Shown here piece after piece: positions 11,581 through 24,004 of a stretch of 30,085 nt of DNA. Below the pieces are notes generated by a model that saw nothing but the letters and a program-made list of their open reading frames with translations, made no database searches and was not told the DNA's origin. The position numbers and the translations under genes were made by a program. Location of the stretch: NCBI RefSeq assembly GCF_006345805.1, contig NW_021832472.1, positions 1 to 30,085 of the forward strand, in the 5' to 3' direction. Numbering within the stretch: position 1 is the first letter of the stretch; every line of letters starts with the position of its first letter. This DNA comes from Octopus sinensis (lineage: Eukaryota).

Positions 11581-12109
11581 AATAAATTTTATGTAGCATT
11601 AAATGATTTCATCTTAATATACATCAATGTATAATGAGTCAAACTTCTAAAAGTTAAAATTTAAACAGATTAGATTTTACAGGCAAATTTTGTTGGGCTA
11701 TTCTGCGTTGCAGACGTTTATACCCAGGCAAGTGTCTTAGATTTAAGACACCATTTTTATATACTTACTTCTACCTGCCTATCAGTGTTTTCCTAATGGG
11801 TAGTCAGTGAGCAACCAGAGAGAGAGAGAGAGAGAGATGTACAAGGTATTACATACATGGTAATTATCAGCATTAAGGATTGTTTTGAAATTAGATTTAA
11901 GACACCATTTTTATATACTTACTTCTACCTAGTGATTTCGTAGTGAGCTACATTTGGTAAATTAATATTCTATGGTATACGTTATCCATTCCTTGTAATG
12001 GCAGAATAAGGAAGTAGTGAAATATTGATATTTTCAAGAATACACATATACTTTGTATCTATGTATAGTACAATATTTATAATGTTATCCGTCGTGGTTT
12101 CAAAATGCA

Positions 12110-12740
12110 AATCAACTTAGTGAAACCAACGTAGGACTGGATTTTGTCAGAAGAAACTTTAAGGCAAATTGATTCAGCTTTCTGTACTTAGTGAAAGGAG
12201 TGCATTCCTTGAGATATTGAGAAGCACTGCAACATATATTACCTGAATCATTTTCAAAATTCAGGACTGTAATCTTAGTTACATCTATGGTTGCACCAGA
12301 ACTCAATGTTTCCCCATCCAGTCAAATATACTGGACATGCAAATACTGGTTTTATTTGGAGCATCCCTGACGGAGCCAGATCGGAGTGGGAATCAGTCAG
12401 ATGCTGGCTGCAGTATGAATTGCGTGAAGGTCGCAATCAGCCTAACCGCCACAGAATTATGCCTCGTAACACCAGAATTCTTCTGAACACATCCCTGTCC
12501 ATCAAGTGAAAAGACTTACTGATGTCAATATAGCCAGCAATCGTCTCCAAACGAGAGCTTCGCACAAGCTCGATGAGTAATTCGAAAGTAACTACCTGGT
12601 CAATAGTTCATCTATTTCGTGTAAATACTGAAACCTCCCGCTGCTGAAATGAGAGGCATGCAGATTATTTCACCCTCTCTTGAGAACAACTATGCCAAAT
12701 CTCTAGGGCAAGAAGGTGAGTACAACATTTGAATAGAATT
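12110..12740 (-). pseudogene. RTE-clade LINE reverse transcriptase fragment (unit 1)
   Basis: Reads QREVSVFTRNR*TIDQVVTFELLIE..AGYIDISKSFHLMDRDVFRRILVLRGI..RQGC..GATIDVTKITVLNFEND. These are degenerate versions of the RTE RT motifs Q.GF...RST.DQ, YIDL.KAFD, GVRQGC and GAT.GN.KITDLDFADD. Confidence 0.7.
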
Positions 12741-14089
12741 TACGGTTGGGTTTTTCATCTTTACATTTCTTGGCAAAGACAGAAAGCTACTGCTACAAAT
12801 AAAGCATATGACCTGTTCTCCTAATGGATAGTCAGTGAGCAACCAGAGAGAGAGAGAGAGAGAGTTGTGCAAGGTATTACATACATGGTAATTATCAGCA
12901 ATAAGGATTGTCAAATGAAATATGTGAGAAAATATGATGTATAAACCAGAGTGAGGATAGAAATATATCGGTAGCGAAGAACTTACAAGACTGTCAAAGG
13001 ACCCGGTTCGCCTGCAACCACCCTGTTACTGAAATATAAATGGAAAGCAGAAACATATATTACTGATGTGATTTCTGTATTTGGCTTATGGAATAAAATA
13101 CGACATTAAGAAATGATTGAACACTGGTGTCGATGTAATCGACTTACATCTTTCCAAAAACGGATGGCATTGTTTCAGACATTGAGAGCAATATGAAAAG
13201 ATTTTAAGGGAGAGCTTGCAGAAGAGTATGCCATGCAGAGAGTTCAGCATCATTTTGCCCATGCTTACGATCTTAGCTGTGGATTAATCCACCTTTGATA
13301 CTTGGTGAGTGATAAAATAAGAAAAGTTGAATCACTAGTGACAATATAATCAATGTAAACACTTCTCAGACATATGCTGACATTCTTCCCATATTTGAAA
13401 ATAATATGAATAAAATATTCTAGTTCGAATCTGTGTTTAATTTATATTCGCGTCCCAAAATAAGATTGATATATCGACAGGATACAGAAATGATCAAGGG
13501 TAAGTATGAAATAATTTTAGAAAGAGATCATCGAAATTCTGTTGTTTATGTTACGCACTAAAATTAAAATACCAGTGAAAGAATCAAGATTAATTATTAA
13601 CTGAAGAGTAGAAATTTAGAAATGGGCACGTGAATCAAGGAAAATATCTATTAAAAGACATTCTTGAATGGAATGTGCTATATCTTTGTCAATGAATCAG
13701 TTATTTCCTCCATCAGCCATTACTTGAAAGGTAATATTTCACTGATCATTCGTCTTTACTGTGTTCTACCAATTATTTGCTGCTTCAAAACACTAGTGTC
13801 TGCCTATTATATCAAATCAGGACACTCCTTATTTTGATAACTTCTGTTGTCAAAATTGACTATAAATGTTGTTTTGATACAAGTACTGTGGTCCCTGACA
13901 TCCTGTGTATTTAATTGGCTGTATTGGATTCAATTGAATAGCCGTTCGTGGCATCCTGTATGGATAACCACACATACATGTATATATACCCACATTTATA
14001 GGCAGGTATGTATGTACGTACGTGTGTATGTATGTATGTAAGCATGTATGTACGTGTGTATGTATGTAAGCATGTATGTATGCATGTAT

Positions 14090-14299
14090 GTATAGCGTAT
14101 AAGATGGAGGTTGTCCTGGATAGATCTGCCGCCGATTAGTCCACACGCGATACTCGCCAACATTTCTGCTAATACCTCGGCCAAAATCTTCAAATCTCAA
14201 TTAACGGAGTGATGGGCCTGAAATTGTCTATTTTATCCCCGTTGTTTGAGTCCTTTCTTAGCAGCACCACGATCCTCCGGCAAACAGATTTGGGTATTG
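14090..14299 (-). pseudogene. Tx1/L1-clade RT fragment in duplication unit 2
   Basis: Duplicate of 11377-11580. It reads IPKSVCRRIVVLLRKDSNNGDKIDNFRPITPLN*DLKILAEVLAEML..GRSIQDNLHLIRY. Confidence 0.85.
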
Positions 14300-14669
14300 A
14301 TAAATTTTATGTAGCATTAAATGATTTCATCTTAATATACATCAATGTATAATGAGTCAAACTTCTAAACGTTAAAATTTAAACAGATTAGATTTTACAG
14401 GCAAATTTTGTTGGGCTATTCTGCGTTGCAGACGTTTATACCCAGGCAAGTGTCTTAGATTTAAGACACCATTTTTATATACTTACTTCTACCTAGTGAT
14501 TTCGTAGTGAGCTACATTTGGTAAATTAATATTCTATGGTATACGTTATCCATTCCTTGTAATGGCAGAATAAGGAAGTAGTGAAATATTGATATTTTCA
14601 AGAATACACATATACTTTGTATCTATGTATAGTACAATATTTATAATGTTATCCGTCGTGGTTTCAAAA

Positions 14670-15300
14670 TGCAAATCAACTTAGTGAAACCAACGTAGGA
14701 CTGGATTTTGTCAGAAGAAACTTTAAGGCAAATTGATTCAGCTTTCTGTACTTAGTGAAAGGAGTGCATTCCTTGAGACATTAGGAAGCACTGCAACATA
14801 TATTACCTGAACATTTTCAAAATTCAGGACTGTAATCTTAGTTACATCTATGGTTGCACCAGAACTCAATGTTTCACCATCCGGTCAAATATACTGGACA
14901 TGCAAATACTGGTTTTATTGGAGCATCCCTGACGGAGCCAGATCGGAGTGGGAATCAGTCAGATGCTGGCTGCAGTATGAATTGCGTGAAGGTCGCAATC
15001 AGCCTAACCGCCACAGAATTATGCCTCGTAACACCAGAATTCTTCTGAACACATCCCTGTCCATCAAGTGAAAAGACTTACTGATGTCAATATAGCCAGC
15101 AATCGTCTCCAAACGAGAGCTTCGCACAATCTCGATGAGTAATTCGAAAGTAACTACCTGGTCAATAGTTCATCTATTTCGTGTAAATACTGAAACCTCC
15201 CGCTGCTGAAATGAGAGGCATGCAGATTATTTCGCCCTCTGTTGAGAACAACTATGCCAAATCTCTAGGGCAAGAAGGTGAGTACAACATTTGAATAGAA
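14670..15300 (-). pseudogene. RTE-clade LINE reverse transcriptase fragment (unit 2)
   Basis: Duplicate of 12110-12740. Confidence 0.7.
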
Positions 15301-15544
15301 TTTACGGTTGGGGTTTTTCATCTTTACATTTCTTGGCAAAGACAGAAAGCTACTGCTACAAATAAAGCATATAACCTGTTTTCCTAATGGATAGTCAGTG
15401 AGCAACCAGAGAGAGAGAGAGAGAGTTGTGCAAGGTATTACATACATGGTAATTATCAGCAATAAGGATTGTCAAATGAAATATGTGAGAAAATAAGATG
15501 TATAAACCAGAATGAGGATATAAATGTGATTAATGATTATTAAT

Positions 15545-18100
15545 TATTAACATAATCTACGCGTGCATCGCAAATTGTATAAAGTATCGTAACAACGCTA
15601 CCGTGTCCTATGTGCCTAGCGAATTTTCAAGACATTGAAAAATGTCGAACTGTCCCACTCAACAAAGAGGGTAGACAACCAGCAACCTGACTTACCACTG
15701 CTGTGCGTCTCATCAACGATGACCAGCCTAGTCCCTCGGGTCAACAAAGATTGTTCTTATCTGTAACTTTAAAGCCTTCCTGAGAAGAAACATGACGCCA
15801 CCCACCCCTGCCGTTTCACATAGAGAAATAATTTTCTCGTAGTCGTTTAACAGGAGTGAGAAAGTCTGCAGCCCTCACAGTCAGGCTTCAGTAATAACAA
15901 CAATATCCCGTCTATGCGACCTGAGATCGTCACAGAGGAAACCCTACTTTCTTATCGACCCCAGGCCGCGCACATTTATATATCCTACATTAAGGGAAAC
16001 CAAAAAGATAAATAAGAGTCCTGGAGGATGGTTAATCCTCCTCATCATTCGTGGTCTGTGGGAACACAATGAGTTTATTATACGGTGCTGTCGAAATAAT
16101 TTTCTTGGAGAGCCAACCTCCTCAGGAAATATATTTTTTAAGCATTTGTGGTTGGTCCTATCTATATAGATAAAATCTATGTGGGTGAGAACACCACTAA
16201 TATCAGGACTAGTAAATGTTTGTGCGTTTTGTTAAAGTGGCAATTTCATTTAAAATGTTTTAATTGTTTGCATCATACGCAGATATATATAATTTTTATG
16301 AGGGACGGGTGTGAGAAGCTTGAGGGCTCTGCGTGTGTCTATAACTGTGGGGAGGGGGAGATTAGTATAAGAGGTGGAAGTTTGGAGACTTGTGACTGTA
16401 GGAGCCGTTTGGGAGTCAGTGTCGGTGGACATGGTTTGGGGAAAAACGTCCGTGGAAGAATGATTGGATCTTTCTTTTTCTTCCATGATTCTTCACTTCA
16501 TTCACTGTCCAAGGCTTGTGCTTCTTTTCTCTTCCAAGCCCAAAACGTTAGCGGCCACCAGCAAGGCGACGTCGACCCCGCTGGGATTTATCCTACTCTC
16601 ACGTTGGAATTTCGCCTTCCTAAGTAGATAGGTAGTAGTACCACTTCGTTCGATCTCACGGGTGACGTTGAGTGTTGCCTGGCCTTATCTTCACTTGCGA
16701 CTCGCACCTCTATTGTTGCGAACTAATTCCCTCTCGCATGATATACAACATTTTGACAGATTGGTTGTGGACACTTGCCAATCCCCTGTGTCGTTTTCTT
16801 CATCTGACGACATATCGGAGGATCTGAAGGTGGGAGGGGAAGTGTATTGGGGTCTATTTCTGAGTGTGTTGACTTTGTTATTGGTGTTGGTGCTGGTTGG
16901 TGACAGTTTGGGTGTGGCGTGTGGGTTTTGGGGTGGGGTATGAGTCTTTTTGGTTTTCTCTTCCTCCTTTGAAGTTGTTGTTGTTGTTGGTGGTGGTGGT
17001 GTTGCTTCTTTTCTTGGTGGCGTTGGTGGTGATGTTGTTTGGTTGGGCTGCCTTTTTGGTTGCCGATTTTCCTCTATTTGTTTGTAGAGTTGTTTAATTA
17101 GTTCTGCATATGGCGGTGTGGGTAACAGTGTTGGTTTTTCTGCACGGTTTTTGGTTTTCTTGTGGTTATTTTTGTTTTTCGTGATCTTGTAGTCGTTGTT
17201 GCTGTTGTTATTGATTCTGTGCTAGTGGGCGGTTAATTTGTAAGTGTGCTTTGCTACCACAAACATAGCAACGTAGCTTTCTGCCTTCAATATTCTCTCT
17301 CATTGGATTCTATGTAGAATTTTTTCGAACATCATCGGATTAATTTCAGCAAGAATTTCAACTTTTTGGCCAATCCGGTTTTCAAATTGGAAGGATTTTG
17401 TGGAGATGTCTTTGGCTCTTTCTTCACTGTCGAATCGAACTTCAGTCGTGGAAAATCTGTCACCCCTTGTAATGTAATCATTAATGGACTATATAGGCCT
17501 TAAACATTTTTCAACATTTTCTTGAGCGGCCTTTTCGTATAGCTTTTGTTTTTAGACTGAATGTTCTGTAACTAACTGAATTTTTTTTCGATTCTTTCTG
17601 TGATGTTTTGTGGTGTGTGTAGTTGTATGCAGATGTCGTCTCTTTTAAACATTGCTTTGCAGGAGGGCAGTTCTTCTTTGGAAAAGCACATGACTGTTTT
17701 CTTAAACTTCAAAGCTGCGGCAAAATTGTTTTCAGTATTCGTATTGGTTGTGGTGGTGATGGCGTAGTGGTTATAGTAGCAGAAGCATTCGTGCCATCAA
17801 AGGCCTGTGTGCGTTCACGCGGAACGACTTTGCTTTCAGCTTCCTTGGCCTCTAGCATTGGTAGAGTCGGGAGGTCAGCTTCATGGTTTCGCTTAGCCAT
17901 ATTTGTTTAGAAATATGGTAAGGAAATCCATGAAAAGAGATATGTAAATAGGTTTGAAACTGCCTCTAGGGGTCAATTTCTCCATTGAAAACACACTCAA
18001 ACGAAAGCTGGGTACTTTGTGTGCAAAAATTGAAACAATAAATGCTCGAAAAAAAAAGGGGTTACCTGCGGAGCCGATGTGACATCACGTCAGTCAAGAC
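15545..18100 (-). mobile_element. E0: older Tx1/L1-clade LINE with 5' UTR, ORF1 and the first half of the endonuclease; 3' part missing
   Basis: The ORF1 remnant runs from the ATG at 17900. It includes VEKCLRPI and EGRKLRCYVCGSKAHLQINR, a CX2CX4HX4C knuckle with the last Cys mutated (17229-17270). The EN remnant at ~15990-15545 reads GYINVRGLGS..DIVVITEA..GGVMFLLRK..RTIFVDP..RLVIVD..DARVDYV. The 5' end abuts AGAT at 18101. Confidence 0.85.
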
Positions 18101-18125
18101 AGATATATTTATAGATAGATTGATT

Positions 18126-18200
<75 letters not shown>
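18101..18200 (+). repeat. (GATA)n microsatellite between E0 and E1
   Basis: Directly visible. Confidence 0.97.
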
Positions 18201-18202
<2 letters not shown>

Positions 18203-21200
18203 GTTTCTTTATTGGCCACACAGGGCTGCATACAGATGGGACAAATTACAAGGTAGAGCTTTTCTTTTGTGGGATGAAAATAAAGCAAAAACAAACAAAA
18301 AAACAAAAGAAAAAAAGTGGAGTAGGTTTTCGATCAAAAGGGATCGTAAAAGGGGAAAACAAAAGAAAAAAAAGAAAAAAAGAAAAAAAAAGAAAAAAGG
18401 AAAAAAGGAAAGGAAAAATAAAAAAGGAAGAAATAAGAGGAAAAAAGGGGAGAGGAAAAAAAACGATCAATAGGGATCGTGTATCACAGTGTCATGATGT
18501 ACGGTGTAAAGGGGAAAGCAGATAACGTTTATCCATGGGAAGAAAAGCCTACGAAAAAGACCACGTTAACCTCGGTCAATATTGTTTTATGTTACTACAT
18601 TTATTTGCAAGTGGATAACCCTCTGCTTTCAATTTCTGGGTTCATAGGATTATGCTCAAGGTGGCTTCGTCATTCATACGTGCCATCCTTGCTACATTCA
18701 CCCATCTTTTTTTAAAACATTCACTAGACAAAACTTGTCTCTCTACTCTCACTTTCCTTTTCAAGTGGTACTTGAAGAAGTTGATGAGAGATTGACCAGA
18801 GAGGAAAGTGTTTGTCTCCAATCCTTTCGGACGCGTCCACCAGATACATTCTTTCGCCATAGCCACAAGGATGATGAAAATAGCTCTTCCTTCCCGTTTG
18901 AAGGAAGGAGGCGTGACAATATTGACGATAGACTCAGCTGATAAACCGACTCGTCCTACACGTGATAGCAGTTGTTCGACATAAGCCCACAGGTCGAAAA
19001 TTGTTGGACACTGCACGAGTGCGTGCAGAACGGTTTCGTCGCTCTGACCGCATCTCGGGCAGGTCGGCACCGTGTTTCTCGAGCTGTGTCTGTAAAGCTT
19101 ATCCCGAACGGGTAGCGCTTCTCGGTAGCACTGCCAGGCCAAGGATCTCTGGAAGGTGTCCATGGGCCCTATCCCGAAAGTCGTCCCGAACAGGCGGGTC
19201 CTCGTCGACGTCCAGGTTCGCCCCGAGCTCGTCGTCGTACCTCCCCTCCACTAATCCTCTATAGAATGCTTTGGTTGTGTTGGAGTCACTCAAGAACGAC
19301 CCAGGACGGCAGAGTTGCTTGAGAGCAACGTGACACTCGCGGTGCCATTCGCCCTTCCTCGGCCTCTTTTTGAACCACGACTGTAGTTCGGTCATGGAGA
19401 CGAGCTGCGGGAAAGCGTGCCTCACAAACGGCGACCACACCTGTTCACCGTCGTCTACGAAGAGCCTGAGATGTCGCAGTCTCAGCGCGTGTCTGCGCAT
19501 CATCAACCACGGCATGCACAGTCCTCCTTTTAACGGGTGTTGACAGCAATTGGATCACCTGACCATCGGGACGCATCCTTTCCACAAGAAGCGAAAGAGA
19601 ATGCGTTCTAGTTTGGTGATGGTAGGGTCGGGACAAGGCACGACGGTAAGGCGGTAGTAGATGATGGACGCGATGTACGTGTTCGCCACCACCGCCCGAC
19701 CATTTAGGGACAGTTTCCTTTCGGCCCATTGCCGGGCGAGAGTGAACACCCAACACATTATCTCGTTCCAGTTCGTCTCCACTTGGAGGTCCAGACCGAA
19801 CCAGACCCCTAGCAGCTCGACCAGGCCGTCTGTCCAGCGTCCCACGACGGAGGCGCTGGTGGACGGCATGGGCTTGCTTCTCCAGGTGCCTAGTCGCAAG
19901 CCCACAGACTGTTCCCGGTTGATTTTCGCCCCAATCACCGCTTCGTAGTTTTTCAGTGACTCGCCGACCTGCTCGATGTGCTCGTTGCTAGACACTATGA
20001 CGGTGACGTCGAACGCGTACGCAGACACACTCGTCTCGCATCCCAGTTCTCGCGGGATGCCCCTCAAAGTTGCCAGCTTCCGCAATAATGGCTCGAGAGT
20101 CAATACGTATAGAAGCGACGAGAGGGGGCATCCCTGACGGACCGAACGTGCGATGTCGAAAGGTCTCGATAGATGTCCATTTACGCGAACTACCGAACGG
20201 ATGCCTCTGTACAAAGCGGCTATCCAGCCGCGGAAGACGGGACCGAAGCCAGCCGCTCTGAGGACTGCCTCCAAGTATCGATGGTTCACCCTATCGAAAG
20301 CATTCGATTGATCCAAATTGATCAGCGCCCCACACATGCCAGGTTCGTTAACTACCATGTCTATGATGTAGCGCATCAGGTGGAGGTTGTCATGAATGGT
20401 CCGGCCCGGCACTGCGCATGTTTGCGCCTTCTCGACCAGTTTCTCGATGACAAGCGCCAACCTCTTGGCTAGCACCTTGGCCAAAATTTTCAAGTCTGCA
20501 TTAAGCTGAGTGATGGGCCTAAAGTTATCTATTACATTTCCCTTGTTTAGACCTTTCTTCAGCAGTGTTACGGCTCCTCGGCTCACAAAACCAGGAATGC
20601 TCCCGTTTTGCTGCCAGTTGCAGTACACCGCTGCCAAGACATCTCCAAACAAGTCTGGCATACAATTGTAAAGCTCGTAGGGTAGACCATCCAAACACGG
20701 TGACTTGTCCCTCGAGCATTCTGCCATCGCGTCCTGCACTTCCGCTGCAGTGATAGCACATTCGCAGCACCCTGCCTCTCTTGACGAGAGTTGTGGTAGG
20801 CTGTGTAGGTAGGCACTGAAGTCCACCCTACGTTCTTGCCCGCCACTCGTCCCGAACAGTCGGGCATAGTGCTATTGAAAGGCCTCACACATTTTACTTG
20901 GCTCGATCAATTCGCGCCCCTGTTCATCTACCAGAGACCGAATGGTGGCTTTGTTGCCCTCTTGCGCCTCTGCCACCCGGGCCTCTCTCGCGGCTCCAAC
21001 ACCTTCGTTCCTTTGAGCACGCATCCTAGCTCTGAAAACACACCCTTCGTGTTTGCTGTTGAAGTGTGGGTCTAGGGCCAACCTCGCCGCCAAAACGTCG
21101 GATGCGATGACGCTTCTAATTGCCTCTTCTAGCTTCTTAACTAGCTCACCCTCTACTCTATTTCTATCTATGGCTAGTGCTTTGCTGTACCTAATCGCTT

Positions 21201-21562
21201 CTGCTTTTACTGCTCTCTTGAGGGCAAACTACCATTTGTTGTTGATGATGGCTCCCGTCAAAGCCCTCTTTACAAGTGTGCTAATCCGGTCTCTGAAAGC
21301 CTGTCTCGATGGGAAAGACGCGTTTAGTTTCCAGTATCCGGGACCCTGCCTAAGAGTCTTACCTAAGTCTAGCGTACATGTCACAAGTTTGTGATCCGTG
21401 TAGCTGTCTGTGTGGAATTGTGGACATCCTATGCTATCTCTATTTACTGTCCTACACAGTATCAGATCTAGATACGATCTCGACGACCCGATGCGGTTGC
21501 TCCATGTCCACGTTGGCGCCTTCGGGTGGTCTAGTCGGAACCTGTCAAACAGTTGAAAGCGT
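18201..21562 (-). mobile_element. E1: 5'-truncated Tx1/L1-clade LINE inserted in (GATA)n
   Basis: Contains the ORF2 remnant and a 3' UTR with AATAAA at 18208-18213. It is flanked by GATA repeats on both sides and is about 88-90% identical to E3 by eye. Confidence 0.95.
18642..21562 (-). pseudogene. E1 ORF2 (EN C-terminal part, RT, CCHC zinc finger), frameshifted
   Basis: Contains SPCLDGLP, NFRPITQLNADLKILAK, DQSNAFDRVNH, SVRQGCPLS, and SAYAFDVT (YADD mutated to YAFD). It also has WAERKLSLNGR and the C-terminal CPRCGQSDETVLHALVQC. The stop codon is at 18642-18644. Confidence 0.95.
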
Positions 21563-21588
21563 AGATAGACAGATAGATAGATAGATAT

Positions 21589-21620
<32 letters not shown>

Positions 21621-21673
21621 TAGATAGATAGATAGATAGATGATAGATAGATAGAGATAGATAGATAGATAGG

Positions 21674-21739
<66 letters not shown>

Positions 21740-21740
21740 T

Positions 21741-21778
<38 letters not shown>
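21563..21778 (+). repeat. (GATA)n microsatellite between E1 and E2
   Basis: Directly visible. Confidence 0.97.
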
Positions 21779-21780
<2 letters not shown>

Positions 21781-22200
21781 CTTACTTTATTGACCACACA
21801 AGGCTGAACACATAAGGGACAAATACAAATGTAGAGCTTTTCTTTTCGAAAATGACAAAGAAATGGAGTGAAAAAAAAGAGGAAAAAAGTAAACTTCCGA
21901 TCAAAAGGGGTCGGGGGCAAAAGGAAATCGATCAAAAGGGATTGTGTATCACAGAAGAAATTTTAGAAATGTAAGAAGCCAAATTAGGTTTATCCGTGGA
22001 AATAAAAGCCTACGGAAAAGACAGGCAAGGAAATAATAAACACATCAGAGCAAAGTGCTCTCTCTTTCTGTTCGATTAACAGGATCAAAAGTGGTTCCAT
22101 CCCTCGGACGAACCACCTCTGCCACATTCACCCACATTTTTTGAAACTTTCAATAGAGGAACCCTGCCTCTCCATTCTCACATTGCTTTTCAAGTCATAC
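21779..22200 (-). mobile_element. E2: short 5'-truncated copy of a more diverged Tx1/L1 lineage (ORF2 C-terminus plus 3' UTR)
   Basis: 22060-22200 gives YDLKSNVRMERQ..F..WVNVA, compared with YHLKRKVRVERQ..FKKRWVNVA in E1. The 3' UTR blocks and AATAAA (21786-21791) are conserved. AGATAGATAG follows at 22201. Confidence 0.85.
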
Positions 22201-22429
22201 AGATAGATAGAGATAGAGATATATAAACAGACTGACAGGCAGACAGGTAGATAGATAGATGGAGAGATAAATATATATATAAATAAATAGATAGAGACAT
22301 ATAGATAGTCAAACAGATAGGTAGATCGATAGATAGATGGTTAGAGGGAGATAGATACGATAAAAATAGATGGAGACATACATATATACATACATGTATA
22401 CATACATAGCTACATAGACAAATAGATAT

Positions 22430-22985
22430 ATAGTCAAATAGATAGATATACCGATAGTTAGATCGACCGATATTTAGGTACATACATACACTTGTACATA
22501 CATACATACATACATTCGTATATATCGACGCAAGGAGATACATATGAATGCGCGCATCTCAAACACATACATATGCCTGCAAACTCAAACACATATATAC
22601 ATACATACACACACGTGCGCAAAAATTCTACGAACACTCACACACACATGAATACAAAATATATTGTAAAATTCTTGGGGTTGTTAAATAAGAAGTTTGT
22701 GAACATCACGTAATGCTCTGGGTATGTGATGATCGTATACAGAGAAAGGAATTGGGGAACAATATTATTATAAATGTATTTATATAACGGATGCTATAAC
22801 GAAGGGGCGTTTAAGTATTTCAATAAACGAATACTTACTCTGTTTTCGTCTCGCAACTATTCAGGGATCTGAAATGTAAGAAAAAAAAGTTAAAGATCTC
22901 ATGTTAGATTTCCTTAGACTACAGTAACATTACGAGTGGGTTATCAAACCAAAGAGATTTTCCAAGAATGAAGCAGACATAACAT
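22430..22985 (+). repeat. Block A copy 2 (direct paralog of 6470-7200)
   Basis: See block A copy 1. Confidence 0.9.
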
Positions 22986-23249
22986 CATATAATACTGTAT
23001 ATGTGTCAGTCATATTGTGTGCACATACAAAAAGATACACTAAAGGTAACGGCTACTTGCAAGGAACTACTGCGCCGAGCACATTTGTGATATACTGTGT
23101 GTATTGTAGATAACTGATTTGTGCTTCAAACACAGACGAAAAACGCTTTGGTTTATATCAACATTGATATCTCTTACGAACATGGCAAGGTTGATATTCT
23201 TCATAAGAAAAATGTGCATTAGAGTCTAGTGGTGAAAAATGACAAATAA

Positions 23250-23880
23250 AAAACAATGGTTATTTGCAGGATTAGCTAATGTTCCTAGATAGATGCACAT
23301 TACTTCTCCAGCGAACGTGCTAGTTTGAAGTGAGGTCGGTACTGAAGGTACAAGCTCTCAGAAATTATACTGCTGGATAAATAGATTTGTCGGACATTGT
23401 TGTTAAAATGCAGTGGAAAGCTTTACTTCTTTGAAAGAAGAGCATTTGTCACAAATCATAGGAAAGTCAAGTATGCCTACCTGACATTGTTAATTATTAT
23501 GAAACATTGAGGCTAGTGTGCATAACATTCATCAGATTTAAATTCAATGGATTACAACATTTGGAATGTTGCTGCTAGTGTGAACTCATGCCAAGACTTC
23601 GATACTCCTAGTGAATTCATTAAATTAAGTTGACTGAAATTTCATGGGAAGAATGTCAGCAATTTTCTAATAAAATATGTTTAGTTTACGGTAGATAGGA
23701 ATTGCCTAATGAAATTATAAAATATATCCTGAAATGCATCTGGCAAATTGTTCAACAGCACAGACACATACCCATCCATACACACAAACTAAAACGCACA
23801 CATGTGCACACACACACAAGTACACAGGCCCCCACACATAGATAATATATATTGTGTGTTTTTTGTGTGTATATGTATAT
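23250..23880 (-). repeat. Block B copy 2 (inverted paralog of 7230-7840)
   Basis: Its reverse complement aligns to 7230-7840. The plus frame reads HKS*ESQVC (from 23450) and SDLNSMDYNIW (23532-23564). Confidence 0.8.
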
Positions 23881-24004
23881 TTACACATCGTTTACTTCAC
23901 ACATACATGAGCCTAATATGTTGGGTATGTATGCTCATGAATTTGTGTATACACACATCACACACACACACAGAAAAACACACACATATTTATATATATA
24001 TATA

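Larger units (their letters stand above)
10141..12900 (+). repeat. Unit 1 (2760 bp) of a recent tandem duplication
   Basis: Near-identical and collinear to 12901-15461 (about 93-95% by eye). It carries an extra 154 bp at 11777-11930. Confidence 0.95.
12901..15461 (+). repeat. Unit 2 (2561 bp) of the tandem duplication; junction homology continues to ~15520
   Basis: Same content as unit 1, and it contains the empty site at 14455-14494. Confidence 0.95.

Noticed and set aside
15700-15800. CRISPR-like or other regularly spaced repeat arrays, searched for here and across the whole window
   Set aside because: None were found. All repeats are microsatellites, TE copies or segmental duplicates, and the sequence is eukaryotic.
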